From a plasmid, in the sequence record NZ_CP072215.1: a stretch of 64,000 nucleotides of DNA. One strand, written 5' to 3'. Within the stretch, counting starts at the first letter, position 1; each line of letters begins with the position of its first letter. Below the pieces are notes generated by a model. The model was not told where the DNA came from and searched no databases. It saw only the letters and a program-made list of their open reading frames with translations. Position numbers and translations under genes: made by a program. Shown here one piece after another: positions 1 through 10,775 of this stretch.

Positions 1-387
1 ATGTTTTTGTGGGTACAAAAAACCTTGCGACAGCCGAGCTGCCGACCAATGTTCGTTACACTCACATACTCTGTATATATGAAAGAGAATCGAGATATAA
101 GTATAAAGATCCGCTTGACGGAAGCCGAGAAAGAACAGCTTCTTCAACGTTCAAAGGAAGAGGGAAAATCCCTTTCTTCCTTTATCAGAGAGTCTGCCTT
201 GAAAGGCAGAAGCATATCGAAAACCGATGTGCAAATGATATATGAACTTCGTAAAATAGGAGCCAATATCAACCAGCTTGCCAAACATATCAATACGCTT
301 CCGTCCGATGAAAATATATTGTATTCATTGGATCGGATTAACCAATACCTTTCGGATGTAGAAACCATTAACCGGAAATTGTTATGA
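1..387 (+). CDS. Mobilization relaxosome accessory protein (ribbon-helix-helix, MobC/Bacteroides MobA-like). True start is probably the internal ATG at 79 (MKENRD...).
   Basis: Motif SIKIRLTEAEKEQL...GKSLSSFIRESALKG is typical of the RHH mobilization protein family. Its stop overlaps the start of the downstream relaxase. Confidence 0.7.
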   Translation: MFLWVQKTLRQPSCRPMFVTLTYSVYMKENRDISIKIRLTEAEKEQLLQRSKEEGKSLSSFIRESALKGRSISKTDVQMIYELRKIGANINQLAKHINTLPSDENILYSLDRINQYLSDVETINRKLL

Positions 388-1784
388 TAGCCGAGATACA
401 ACCTTCTTTCTCATCCCACCTGTCCATGAGCCGGAAAATTGAATACCAGCTTTCCAAGGTCAAGGAAGGAAACGGAAAAGTGCTTTACACCTCCACTGGT
501 GACGAACTGGCCGCCATGCCAGCCTACATGAAACTTATCTCCCAGTTGAATGACCGGGTGAAACTACCTTATGCGGAATTTATTCTGAGCCTCTATCCGG
601 GAGAAAGCCTTTCCGATGAACAGTGGCTTTCTCTTGCCGGGGAATATATCGAGAGGATGGGGTACGGAAAGTCCTGTTATGCCGTTGTCCTAAATACCGA
701 CAAGGCACACAGCCATGTGCATGTGCTGCTGACCACAATTGATGAAGAAGGCAAAAGCATTCCTTCCGGAAATAATTACAGCCGTTCCGAAAAGATCTCA
801 AGGGAACTGGAGCAGAAGTACGGTCTGTTGCCTTTGGAAAGGGAAGGAGGCAAGAGAACCACGTTGGGAGAGGCGCAATACCGTAACTATTATTTCGATG
901 CGGCCTTGAAGAAAGCCATGCGTAGTTATAATTACAAGGATAAGGTATCGGCTGTCCTGGAACAATCCGATACATACCGGTCTTTGAATAAACCCTTGCA
1001 AGAAATAAAATTGGCCAATGAAGAATGGCGTGTCCTATTGGGGGATGAAAGCTATGACAACCTTTTCGCATTGCTGGAAAAAGGAGGTTTTTTCAACCCC
1101 TTGTTCAAGGATGAACTGTTACAACAGCTTGACCGCATCTACTCTTTTTCCGAAAGTACATCCGATTTCCGAAGGAACCTGGAACAAGAAGGATTGTATA
1201 TGCGTCTGGTCACCAAGAAGGACAAATCCTATTATGTCTATGGCATCAAGGATTCAGGCTTTTACCTGAAGGACGTTTCACTTCCTCAGAAATATCGTTT
1301 TGGTAATATTCGTTTTGATGGCCGGGGCATGAGCGCCGATGAACAGAAGCATTATCTCTATGACCATGTGTTTAAGGCATTGAACGCTTCTTTAGGCTAT
1401 GAGGATTTTAAGAAAAGGTTGGCGGAAGAATCGATCCGTGTGACGGAACATGTAAACAGCAAAGGCGCATACGGGATTTCCTTTTATATGGAAAACGTGG
1501 AAAATGCTCATGTCTTTAAAGGTGCGGATCTTTCCCGTAAGCTCACTTATCAGAATATCCAGAAGCATTTCGATGGTGTGGCTGTCGGTCTCTCGCCACA
1601 TATCGATAGGGTAGGGGAGTTCCGTGAGCGGGTGGATCGTGAGGCTTTCTATATGCAGGGTGGGGGAGTTATGGCCATTCCGGAACTTGACATTACCGGC
1701 AGCGGGAAGAAGTCGCAAGAGGATGATCTCATACCGTCCAAAAAGAAACGGAAACGCAAGAGTGGTCCCGATTTCTCATTATGA
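384..1784 (+). CDS. Relaxase/mobilization nuclease (Bacteroides MobB-type)
   Basis: The histidine triad HSHVHVLLTTID is in a typical N-terminal position. 4-bp overlap with the upstream RHH gene. 466 aa. Confidence 0.75.
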   Translation: MIAEIQPSFSSHLSMSRKIEYQLSKVKEGNGKVLYTSTGDELAAMPAYMKLISQLNDRVKLPYAEFILSLYPGESLSDEQWLSLAGEYIERMGYGKSCYAVVLNTDKAHSHVHVLLTTIDEEGKSIPSGNNYSRSEKISRELEQKYGLLPLEREGGKRTTLGEAQYRNYYFDAALKKAMRSYNYKDKVSAVLEQSDTYRSLNKPLQEIKLANEEWRVLLGDESYDNLFALLEKGGFFNPLFKDELLQQLDRIYSFSESTSDFRRNLEQEGLYMRLVTKKDKSYYVYGIKDSGFYLKDVSLPQKYRFGNIRFDGRGMSADEQKHYLYDHVFKALNASLGYEDFKKRLAEESIRVTEHVNSKGAYGISFYMENVENAHVFKGADLSRKLTYQNIQKHFDGVAVGLSPHIDRVGEFRERVDREAFYMQGGGVMAIPELDITGSGKKSQEDDLIPSKKKRKRKSGPDFSL

Positions 1785-1811
1785 TGAATACTAACTTAAT
1801 ATATTTGCTTT

Positions 1812-2795
1812 ATGAATTATCAGACCGTTTTACAGAATTATCATCCCACTGAACAGGGGGATTTCATGTTGAGATATGAGATAGGTGGCCGGGGATATGT
1901 CGTTTACTCACCGGAGAAGGATGCGTTGTCTTGTATTGAATTACATGGCTTTTCCGAGCTTACTCCTTGGCAATTGGCTTTTGTTCTTTCCTTGGATATG
2001 CAGCAGATGAAAGAACAGGACGAGCTTTCTCTCTTCGTATGTTGTAAGCGAGAAAAGCTCTTGTCTTATCTTTTCGATGTGGAGGAAAGCGAAACCGTCT
2101 TGAAGACAAAGCACGTGTCCGGTTGGCAGGGCTATCTGATGATGGATATCCATAAGCCGGACAGGGTACGGAACGTGTTCCAGTTCCATCCGGAAACGAA
2201 AGAAGCCCGTTTGGTCTTTGATAACCGTTTATGTGTCGCTTCCCTTCGTGAGAAAGAAAAAGGAAAGCTCATCCATCTCTGTTGGAGTCCTTCTGTCTTT
2301 GCTGCCATCGATAAGGGAGGAGAGCGTACCGCACCGGCTTATCTGTTGGCTTCTGATGCTGCCTTGTTGCATGGGTATGCCATGAAACAGATTGCGGAAT
2401 GCTTTGCCGGTACACCGGTTGAAGAACGGGTTATCGGTATTCATGTAGGGGATAATGTCTATGAGGCCTTGTCTTTTGTGTGCTATTACGTCCGTAACGT
2501 GCAGGATGAATATTTGGTTATTCCTGAGCGGAAAGATGGGATGGTGATTCTTGAAACCCCGAAATGGAATCCGATACGCCAGGCTAACTTCGTGGCTTCA
2601 CTGAACAAGATGGCGGTTGACCAGGCGAAGAAACGCTATCCGGAAATGGAGGTTCCGAATGAACGGCCATTCACGTGCCTCTCTTTTGCCCGGAAGTCTT
2701 TCGTCTATTTCCCGGATCTGAAGGTGTATCAGGAGGTGTTCTTGAAGATGTATTTGGGGTTGGTGAGGTTACAGGAGGTGCATTTGCTGGGGTAA
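1812..2795 (+). CDS. Hypothetical protein, third gene of the mobilization module
   Basis: 327-aa ORF co-directional with the mob genes. No recognisable catalytic motif. Confidence 0.5.
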   Translation: MNYQTVLQNYHPTEQGDFMLRYEIGGRGYVVYSPEKDALSCIELHGFSELTPWQLAFVLSLDMQQMKEQDELSLFVCCKREKLLSYLFDVEESETVLKTKHVSGWQGYLMMDIHKPDRVRNVFQFHPETKEARLVFDNRLCVASLREKEKGKLIHLCWSPSVFAAIDKGGERTAPAYLLASDAALLHGYAMKQIAECFAGTPVEERVIGIHVGDNVYEALSFVCYYVRNVQDEYLVIPERKDGMVILETPKWNPIRQANFVASLNKMAVDQAKKRYPEMEVPNERPFTCLSFARKSFVYFPDLKVYQEVFLKMYLGLVRLQEVHLLG

Positions 2796-3085
2796 GGAAC
2801 AATTGCAGTGCTGCTTATAAAATAGTGGCACTACTATTGTTAGAGTACTTCTATCATTCCTTTGGTTACGGCATCGGCCAGTAGTCTTTTTACAATCCTG
2901 CCACTGGGAGGATTGGTTATCCCAAGCGTTATCTCAACCCTGTTTGATAGAGGATGATAGTGCAGGTATTGGAGGATTTCATCTTCAATAGTCATGTTAT
3001 AATTCTTTTATCGGGACAATTTTGCCTGATATTTATGCTTTTGTTTATTGTTCTGTCCCGATAGAGATTATTTTGGATGGACAAA

Positions 3086-3256
3086 GAAACGCTATCCAGA
3101 AATGGAGGTTCCGAATGAACGGCCATTCATGTGCCTTTCTTTTGCTGGAAGTCTTTCGTCTATTTCCCGAGTCTGAAGGTGTATCTGGAGATGTTTTTGA
3201 AGATGTATTGGGAATTGGTGAGGTTACAAGAGGCGCATTTGTTGGAATAAGGAAAA
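3086..3256 (+). repeat. Degenerate direct duplicate (~85-90% identity) of the 3-prime end (2630-2800) of the gene at 1812-2795
   Basis: Base-by-base alignment visible: aaacgctatccggaaatggaggttccgaatgaacggccattcacgtgcc... matches aaacgctatccagaaatggaggttccgaatgaacggccattcatgtgcc... The second copy is frameshifted. Confidence 0.85.
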
Positions 3257-3606
3257 GGGTGCATCTAATGCCCAATTTGAAAGGATCACCTGCTACAGAT
3301 AACTGTAACAGGGATATTATCCTTAAAAAAGTGAGTTAGATACACCATTTTAAAGTGCTTCTGTTATTTCTTTGTTTACGGTGTTGGGGAATAATCTTTT
3401 TATTACTCAGTTATAGGGAAAATAGGTCTGATATTTATGTTTGGATTATATACTTTGAGGATAAGTGAAGAAAGATATCTGAAGGTGGATTCTTTTATTT
3501 AGAGTTCCTTTTAGAATAAGATTTCGCCAAACAGAAATATATTTAGAATTGTTTCTCATAAACCTCAATGCTGCAACATTGAAGTCCAATCTGTAAGCTT
3601 GATATC

Positions 3607-4266
3607 TTATACATTTATTCTTATTTCCAACTTTTCATATAGCACAACTGCCTTTATCAGAGGCAGATTCTCCTTGCAGAACCATGGAAAATCGATACAT
3701 CTGAAATCGACATGGCTCTCCTCCAGCAGATTGAGAAAACGGATGTCGTCTATCATCCCTTTTAAGGAAACGAACAGGAGAGGTATCTTTTTTCTTTGGC
3801 AAAAAAATAGCGCCTTCTGTAGTTCCGCATATGCGATGGCTTGTTCATCCTTGCTAGTGGAATCATTTCTCTTGTCAAAAAAAGACAACTGGACTTTTAA
3901 TGAATTATGTTGTTGGAGGTATTCCGCCAGCTGTTGCTGTGCTTCAGGAGAGCTGGCATCTCCATACAGTATTATATCACTATATTGCTTCATATCGGGT
4001 ATTTGTTCCGGTTGTACGCTCCTTTTTTCCAAAGGCACCCCTGCATATTCTTTCAATAGATGCTGCTTCGTGATCTTTCGGGGTTTCTCAACGGAGTAGA
4101 ATGCATATCTGAATATAAACTGAGTCCCTTTCTTCTGTACGGATTCCTGTTCCAGGAAAAAAGAATTCAGGCGTATCTTGTTTTCTTGAAGGATATGTTT
4201 GGGAATATCTTCCTGATAGATATCGGTCATGTATTGAAGGATGGTCTTTTTCATTAGAAAAATCAA
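3607..4266 (-). CDS. Hypothetical protein (219 aa) at the distal end of the CPS locus
   Basis: Long ORF in the same orientation as the CPS operon. No recognisable motifs. Confidence 0.45.
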   Translation of the reverse strand: MIFLMKKTILQYMTDIYQEDIPKHILQENKIRLNSFFLEQESVQKKGTQFIFRYAFYSVEKPRKITKQHLLKEYAGVPLEKRSVQPEQIPDMKQYSDIILYGDASSPEAQQQLAEYLQQHNSLKVQLSFFDKRNDSTSKDEQAIAYAELQKALFFCQRKKIPLLFVSLKGMIDDIRFLNLLEESHVDFRCIDFPWFCKENLPLIKAVVLYEKLEIRINV

Positions 4267-4609
4267 TGAAAAGGTTCATTACCAGTATTTATAATAAGTT
4301 TTTCCAACCCATTAATTTTTGCGTAATGCTGTTTCTGCGGTTTAGAATCTGAAAACGAAGCTACTTTCGCAAGATCCTGTGTCCGGTATATATACTTACT
4401 TACATATGGATAGTGATATTTTATCATTTTACCGGCAAATACATTCCGAATGTTTTCCACATTGAGTACAATCTTGATCTTGTTGATAATAATCAATGCT
4501 ATAGATTATCATTTCTTTTTCAATATGGATATCAGGTTGCCTAATTGAGGTTCGATAACTTTCTTGTAAACCAACTTCATTCTTTTGTCAGAGGTTTTAA
4601 CGAAGGATT

Positions 4610-5950
4610 TTACCATTTATAGTCAAATTGTTCAATGTCTTCTTCTGCAAGTAGATTTCCGGACTGCACCTCGATGAACGTCAATTCAGAGATAGCCCTG
4701 ACTGCATGTTTAACACCTTTCTTGATTGTAATCGTATCGCCTCTGCTGATAACCGACCTGATATCATCGAGTACCAGTTCTCCCTCGCCGTCGATAAACG
4801 TCCAGACTTCATCGCGATGGCGGTGTACCTGATAGCTGATACTCTTACCGGATTTGATTTTCAGTTGCTTGGTAAGTGATTTGTAACCGTCGGAAAACTC
4901 GGCGGTATCGACAACTTTGTATTCACCCCAGCGACGTTCTTCGAACATTGGCCGATGTTGTAGGCAGTCAGCGTAAGTTTTGATGTTCTCGCTTTTATCT
5001 TTGTCCGAAATTAGGATTCCATCATTTGATGCTGCGATAACTAGATTCCGTGTGCCAATGCACATGATTGGCAGTCCAAGTTCGTTGATGACGTGGGTAT
5101 TTTCGGATTCTTCATCCATGACAACATTGCCCATGGTGTGTTCCGATAGTTCATCAGTCAACGTATTCCATGTACCAAGGTCTTTCCACTCTCCGGCAAA
5201 AGGTACGACGGCTACCGACTGCGCTTTTTCAGCGACTTCGTAGTCAAAACTGATTTTCGGAAATTCCCCATAGCGAGAACGAATTTCTGAAAAAGTGTCG
5301 GTTTTGATGTGTCGGGTTACAATATCTGTCATATACCCCAACCGAAAAGCGAATACGCCTCCGTTCCAGAAAGCACCCTCTGAAATAAGTTTCTCGGCAG
5401 TTATCATATCTGGCTTTTCCGTAAAGCGTGATACTTGAAATATTCCTTTGTTCTGTACATCATTGACTGGCACTACATATCCGTATTTTGCTGACGGATA
5501 TGTGGGGTTAATTCCCATCAATACTAGTTCGGCTACATTGTTTTTCACTGCATCCGCTATCCTGCGAATCGTTTCAAAATAACCTGTTTCGGTATAAGGG
5601 TCGCAAGGCATGACGATTATAATCTCATCGGTGGAACATTTTCGTTTGTAGGCCAAATACGAGCTTGCGAGAGCGATAGCCGGGAATGTATCGCGACGCT
5701 CCGGTTCCGTAACTACAGGAATCTCTTCTCCAAGCTGGTTGATGATGATATCCCGTTGTGACTGGCTTGTTGCCACAGTAATCGAATCACAGATGCCGGT
5801 TTCTCGTAATTGCCGTACCACCCGCTGCACCATCGACTCTTTCGAGCCATCGGGCGCAGTCAACAGTTTGATAAATTGTTTTGACCGTGTATTATTGGAA
5901 AGCGGCCATAGGCGTTTACCAGAACCGCCGGATAACAGTATGATTTGCAT
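4610..5950 (-). CDS. manC: Mannose-1-phosphate guanylyltransferase with C-terminal cupin domain (GDP-mannose pyrophosphorylase)
   Basis: N-terminus MQIILLSGGSGKRLWPLS is the nucleotidyltransferase signature. 446 aa with a C-terminal cupin-like region. Confidence 0.8.
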   Translation of the reverse strand: MQIILLSGGSGKRLWPLSNNTRSKQFIKLLTAPDGSKESMVQRVVRQLRETGICDSITVATSQSQRDIIINQLGEEIPVVTEPERRDTFPAIALASSYLAYKRKCSTDEIIIVMPCDPYTETGYFETIRRIADAVKNNVAELVLMGINPTYPSAKYGYVVPVNDVQNKGIFQVSRFTEKPDMITAEKLISEGAFWNGGVFAFRLGYMTDIVTRHIKTDTFSEIRSRYGEFPKISFDYEVAEKAQSVAVVPFAGEWKDLGTWNTLTDELSEHTMGNVVMDEESENTHVINELGLPIMCIGTRNLVIAASNDGILISDKDKSENIKTYADCLQHRPMFEERRWGEYKVVDTAEFSDGYKSLTKQLKIKSGKSISYQVHRHRDEVWTFIDGEGELVLDDIRSVISRGDTITIKKGVKHAVRAISELTFIEVQSGNLLAEEDIEQFDYKW

Positions 5951-5955
5951 AGATG

Positions 5956-7092
5956 TTATTTAATTCGATTTTTAATTTGCCGATAGTATTCTTCAAGCAT
6001 CAATTTCCAAAATTTATTGCGTTCGTAACGTGATGTAATCATTGCCCTTGCATTCTTTGCCATTCTTTTTACCTCATTAGGATTATCCAAAAAATATTTC
6101 ATGGCTTTATACAATGCGTGTTCGTCTTGTGGTGGAACAATTATTCCATTTTTGTTTTGAACAATTATTTCATTACAACCATTGATATCTGTAACGATTT
6201 GTGGTAATTCCAAGGCCCCAGCTTGCATGACAACATTAGGGAAACCTTCACGATAGGAGGGAAAAACAAAAGCCTCACACCCCATTAGATAGGGACGAAC
6301 ATCTTGTTGAAAGCCGACAAACTCAATGTGAGAATTTGTGCTAATCTCTTGTTTTACCCAATCATCAACCGGATAAAGGTTTTCTTCCATAAAGCCGATT
6401 AAACGTAATCCTATGTTAGGATAATCTTTCTGTAATCGAATAAAAGAAGCTACTAATTCATTGATTCCTTTCTCATAAAATATACGACCTACAAAACCAA
6501 ACGTGAAATCGAAAGTTGAAATCTTAATATCTTGTGTAGCATTTCGCGAATAGAATGCCGTATCAATTCCATTTGAACCACCATTACCGATAACAAGCAT
6601 TTTTTTAGGATTGCCGATCCCCATTGAACAAATAATATCACACATCTTTTGTGAATTGGGATATACATTTGTGGCACAAGCGTAAGTTAACCGTTCCGTA
6701 AAACGAAGAATTTGTTTTTTTATGCCCGTAGCCGTCGTCAATGGGAAGCCTGTTACCGTGTGCATACGGATCGGCACACGTGCTATCCATGCTGCTAACA
6801 TACCCAAAAGACCAGCTTTGGGGGTGTGCGAGTGAACAATAGTCGGCTTCTCTTTGATAAAAAGTTTTACCAATTGGAAAAGAGTTATTAAATCGAAAAT
6901 CGGATTTATGGCTCTTGACATTTTTACCGGAATACAACGTGCCTGTTGCTTCTGTAATTCCTCCCAACCTTCTCCTTTAGGGGCAACGGCAATGACATCG
7001 AAATATGCGGAAAAATAATTCAATTGACCTTGAAGTTGCCGGACTTGAAAATAAGCTGAATTTGTTATTTTGAATAATTTCTTTTTTTTCAT
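5956..7092 (-). CDS. Glycosyltransferase, GT4 family (GT-B fold)
   Basis: Motif EGFPNVVMQAGALELPQIVTDINGCNEIIV is typical of the GT1/GT4 C-terminal domain. Confidence 0.75.
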   Translation of the reverse strand: MKKKKLFKITNSAYFQVRQLQGQLNYFSAYFDVIAVAPKGEGWEELQKQQARCIPVKMSRAINPIFDLITLFQLVKLFIKEKPTIVHSHTPKAGLLGMLAAWIARVPIRMHTVTGFPLTTATGIKKQILRFTERLTYACATNVYPNSQKMCDIICSMGIGNPKKMLVIGNGGSNGIDTAFYSRNATQDIKISTFDFTFGFVGRIFYEKGINELVASFIRLQKDYPNIGLRLIGFMEENLYPVDDWVKQEISTNSHIEFVGFQQDVRPYLMGCEAFVFPSYREGFPNVVMQAGALELPQIVTDINGCNEIIVQNKNGIIVPPQDEHALYKAMKYFLDNPNEVKRMAKNARAMITSRYERNKFWKLMLEEYYRQIKNRIK

Positions 7093-7667
7093 TGAAAAGA
7101 TTTTATTTTTTTTGCAGGAACTCCCCCATAAATAGAGAATGAGTCAACACTTTTATTAACCAAACTATTTGCGCCTATTATACATCTTGTATCAATGTGA
7201 ACTCCACATAAAATCCTCACTCCACAACCAATCCATACATCATCATGGATAACTACCGTTTTTTTTAGGATTTCATTATATTTAATAGGTAAATTAAAAT
7301 CAGAATAAGTGTGAGTACTTGTTAGTATTGAACTTGAATGGGCAATAGACACATTATTTCCGATCATCAATCCTCCGCTACATTCAAAATAACACATCGG
7401 ATGAATACTGATATTATCTCCCAGTTCTAGTTTCTCTATGTTAGATATATATACATTTTCTTTAATTACAACATTATCACCGCATTTTTTTGCTAGATTT
7501 TTCACCAATATGTATCTAATCACAATACCAACTTTTCCTCCAATACCTCTTAAACTTACAAATAAAAAATTATTAAGTTTCCTAGGAAGATATGAATCTA
7601 CTATAACGAATACCTTAATTAATGGTTTAATCCGTTTAAATAAAGTTCTACCGCTTAGATCCGACAT
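7089..7667 (-). CDS. Hexapeptide-repeat (LbH) acetyltransferase, WcaF-like
   Basis: Repeated [LIV]G-x-x-x-x motifs (IGNNVSIAHSSSI, IGCGVRILCGVHI). 4-bp overlap with neighbouring genes. Confidence 0.7.
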   Translation of the reverse strand: MSDLSGRTLFKRIKPLIKVFVIVDSYLPRKLNNFLFVSLRGIGGKVGIVIRYILVKNLAKKCGDNVVIKENVYISNIEKLELGDNISIHPMCYFECSGGLMIGNNVSIAHSSSILTSTHTYSDFNLPIKYNEILKKTVVIHDDVWIGCGVRILCGVHIDTRCIIGANSLVNKSVDSFSIYGGVPAKKIKSFQ

Positions 7668-8562
7668 GTCTAATATCTATATAATTGTTTTTTTTATCTT
7701 TCATATGAAACAAATAGCCAATAGGCATAAAAATAATATAACTAGAAATTCCTATTTGTTTTATTTTATTTTTCATTTTCAATTTAGAGCAAGGAGCAAA
7801 ACGCCAGTAATTTATATGAGCTTTTATTTTTTTTAAATATGGAATATCTAGTGATGCCATTTCTGAATAAATTCTCATGGCATAATTAGGTGAATTCATT
7901 CTGTTTTTGATTGATGAAACAGATAAACCGTCTGATAAATACTCTGCGATGTATATTTTTTCATTAAAAAATAACATAAGGTAATTTTTTCCAATACGGT
8001 TTAGAACCAAACTTTCTGCACAAAATTTTTCTCCGGGTATATCGTCAAATAAATAATTTCTCAGGACTGATGTTTTAAAAACAAACGCAACATCCCCTTT
8101 TATATTTTTTATAATCCAATAGTTAATCCAAGAATCTTTTAAAATTTTCCATGTAACCTCTTTCCCTATACGAGAACCATCTGGAAAGCATTTCATACCA
8201 CAAACTCCAGCAAATTTATCATTATTCTTTATATATTGATAATGAAAAACTATTCGTTCTATAGAGTCTTTTGTTAAATAGTCATCACTATCTACAATAT
8301 AAAATAATTCTCCTTTTGCATGTAATACGCCATTGTTGATTGCTCTATGTTTTCCACCATTCTCTTGTTTGATGAAACGAATTAATATACGATCTTCATT
8401 TTGATAAGATTTTATAATTTCATCAATATCATCAGTGCTCCCATCGTCAACAATAATCCATTCAAAATTTTTATAGGTTTGAGACAACAAACTCTGATAT
8501 AGATTTCCAATTAAATTCTTCCTATTATATACCGGTGTAAATACAGTAACTAAATCTTTCAT
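7648..8562 (-). CDS. Glycosyltransferase, GT2 family
   Basis: N-terminal VTVFTPVYNRKNLI...WIIVDDGSTDD (DXD motif, GT-A fold). Confidence 0.8.
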   Translation of the reverse strand: MKDLVTVFTPVYNRKNLIGNLYQSLLSQTYKNFEWIIVDDGSTDDIDEIIKSYQNEDRILIRFIKQENGGKHRAINNGVLHAKGELFYIVDSDDYLTKDSIERIVFHYQYIKNNDKFAGVCGMKCFPDGSRIGKEVTWKILKDSWINYWIIKNIKGDVAFVFKTSVLRNYLFDDIPGEKFCAESLVLNRIGKNYLMLFFNEKIYIAEYLSDGLSVSSIKNRMNSPNYAMRIYSEMASLDIPYLKKIKAHINYWRFAPCSKLKMKNKIKQIGISSYIIFMPIGYLFHMKDKKNNYIDIRHVGSKR

Positions 8563-8589
8563 AAAAATCTTTTTCTATTGTTTTGTATT

Positions 8590-9678
8590 TTATTTTATCC
8601 ACATTACATAAGTGAACATATAATAACATAGAATAATCCATTTTATTCGTTCTCCCTGGTTATTTATTAAGTTATCTTTTAGCAAGGGATATATCAATAC
8701 TATAGGATAAAGAAACCAAGATAGATAAGCAAATCTGTTATTATACGGTACATGAATGGTCAATAGCCAGAACGCATTACTTGCTATATAAGTATTAAAT
8801 AAACGGATAAACAATTTGTCTTCGTAGCAATATGTATAGATATATTTCACTCCTGCGATAATGGGTATCAAACTATAAATAATGAAGTCCCAGCGAAATC
8901 CAATATTAGAGAACATTTGCTCCATGCCTTTATAAGACATATTCAAATATTCAGACATCCTTTTATCCTGTTCAAACCAAGGAATGTTTGTCAACAAAGT
9001 GGAGAAAGAATCACGTGCAACAAGCATAAGCAGGAAAAACGTTCCCCATAAGTATAAGTAGTGTTTGGGATTATTTGAAAGTCGGGTCAGCAAGAAACAG
9101 CCAATTGGCAACATGACGGATTGATGGAAAAGACATGCTATAATCCAAACAGGAATTCGTTTAATATCGTTGTTTGGAACAAGAAAAGAGAAGATAACTA
9201 ACGATGTAGCTATTCCGTTACGCAGTCCATTTACTCCGTATCCCCAAAAACTCAAAGAACAAACGAACAACACTAGTGCTACAGCATATTGTTGTTTGAA
9301 TCGTTTCTTTAAAGCAAAGAAAACAGGCAATATATATAATGAGCAAAGAACAAACCAATACCCTTTTAAATTGACGAGTTGTGAAAGCCAATAGGTAAGA
9401 TACTCAAAACCAATATCTCTATCTCTTATAGCAACCGTACCATAGAAGGCTTTCTTTTGGAAAGCCATGGCATAAGCTGAAGTATCTCCAAAGTAGTGAT
9501 AATCGGTCGGTCGGAAAGTTACATGAACATATACAATCAAGAGTAAAGCAAGGCTAAATATCTGGTTGTTGATATAAGGCTGTCTTACTGTTTCTGCCCT
9601 GACCGGTTGAATAGCGATGTAAACAACTAATAGCAGCAACAAGTTGTAATATAAGGCTATATATAGACTAATACTCAT
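8590..9678 (-). CDS. wzy: Polytopic membrane protein, EpsG/Wzy-like polysaccharide polymerase
   Basis: 362 aa with many predicted TM segments and no soluble domains. Position and composition are typical of Wzy in Bacteroidales CPS loci. Confidence 0.55.
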   Translation of the reverse strand: MSISLYIALYYNLLLLLVVYIAIQPVRAETVRQPYINNQIFSLALLLIVYVHVTFRPTDYHYFGDTSAYAMAFQKKAFYGTVAIRDRDIGFEYLTYWLSQLVNLKGYWFVLCSLYILPVFFALKKRFKQQYAVALVLFVCSLSFWGYGVNGLRNGIATSLVIFSFLVPNNDIKRIPVWIIACLFHQSVMLPIGCFLLTRLSNNPKHYLYLWGTFFLLMLVARDSFSTLLTNIPWFEQDKRMSEYLNMSYKGMEQMFSNIGFRWDFIIYSLIPIIAGVKYIYTYCYEDKLFIRLFNTYIASNAFWLLTIHVPYNNRFAYLSWFLYPIVLIYPLLKDNLINNQGERIKWIILCYYMFTYVMWIK

Positions 9679-10775
9679 AAAATGACATCACAAATTTGGT
9701 CCACATAATGTTCCCACGTAATTTTAGCTTCTATGCGCCGACGTGCATTACGACCTTCATTTATAGCAAGAGATTTATCGTCGATTAACTTAATGAGTAA
9801 ATTCTCCAATTCTTCGTGGGCGTCCTGATGTATCAACCAACCGCCATTATTCTCCTCGACAGCATCGGGAATGCCACCTGTACGAGTACCTATAACGGCG
9901 GTTCCACAAGCTTGCGCTTCGGCAAAAACAAGCCCGTATCCTTCTACATTCCTATTATCCGCTTCTTCACGTGTACAGAGAATGAATATATGCGAGGCTG
10001 AATAGAAATCGCAAAGTTTATTATCATCAATGAAACCTTCAAATGATACAATATCTGACAATCCTAAATCGGTAACCATCCGCTCAAGTGCACTCTTATA
10101 TTTTCCTTTACCTCCGAGATGCAATCGCACTTGTTGCTTATACTTTGCCGGTAAAGAAGCTATCGTCCGGATAATAAAATCATGTCCTTTAAATTTTTCC
10201 AATCGAGAAATAGAACAGAGGTGTAGCAAGCCATCCTTATATTTTTCACAAGTAGGGCGAAAATGAATTGCATCAACCGCTAACGGAATAGCGATTGTTT
10301 TAGCATTTGGAGAACAATGTTTTACTAATGTCTCTGTATAATGACTGTTAGCAATCACGCAAGAGGCGTTTCTTAGTATAAAACGTCGATAAGTAGGCCA
10401 AATACAGCGTCGGAAAAAACTCTTTCCGGCAAGATATTCGGCTCCATGTGCCAATATATAGGTTTCTCTGTTTGACAATAGAGACAGCATTCCCTCTGGA
10501 TGATAATTCCCGGTAATTACAATATCACCGGGAACAGTTTTTTTGCGTAAATACTTCAATGTACGCAACTCCAATATTCCTCTTCTTCCATGCAATCTCA
10601 CCACATTATTATCCTCCTCTGCATCGGTAGAAGTACTTTGGGGACAAATGACTGTAACATTCAGTCCTTTTTTCTCTAAATATTTTTTCAGTTCAAAACA
10701 AAGCCTTGCAATACCACCATTACTTGGTGGATAATCATAGGTTACAATAAAAATGTGTTTGTTAGATGTTTGCAT
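9675..10775 (-). CDS. Glycosyltransferase, GT4 family
   Basis: Motif EGYGLVFAEAQACGTAVIGTRTGGIPDAV. Confidence 0.8.
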   Translation of the reverse strand: MQTSNKHIFIVTYDYPPSNGGIARLCFELKKYLEKKGLNVTVICPQSTSTDAEEDNNVVRLHGRRGILELRTLKYLRKKTVPGDIVITGNYHPEGMLSLLSNRETYILAHGAEYLAGKSFFRRCIWPTYRRFILRNASCVIANSHYTETLVKHCSPNAKTIAIPLAVDAIHFRPTCEKYKDGLLHLCSISRLEKFKGHDFIIRTIASLPAKYKQQVRLHLGGKGKYKSALERMVTDLGLSDIVSFEGFIDDNKLCDFYSASHIFILCTREEADNRNVEGYGLVFAEAQACGTAVIGTRTGGIPDAVEENNGGWLIHQDAHEELENLLIKLIDDKSLAINEGRNARRRIEAKITWEHYVDQICDVIL

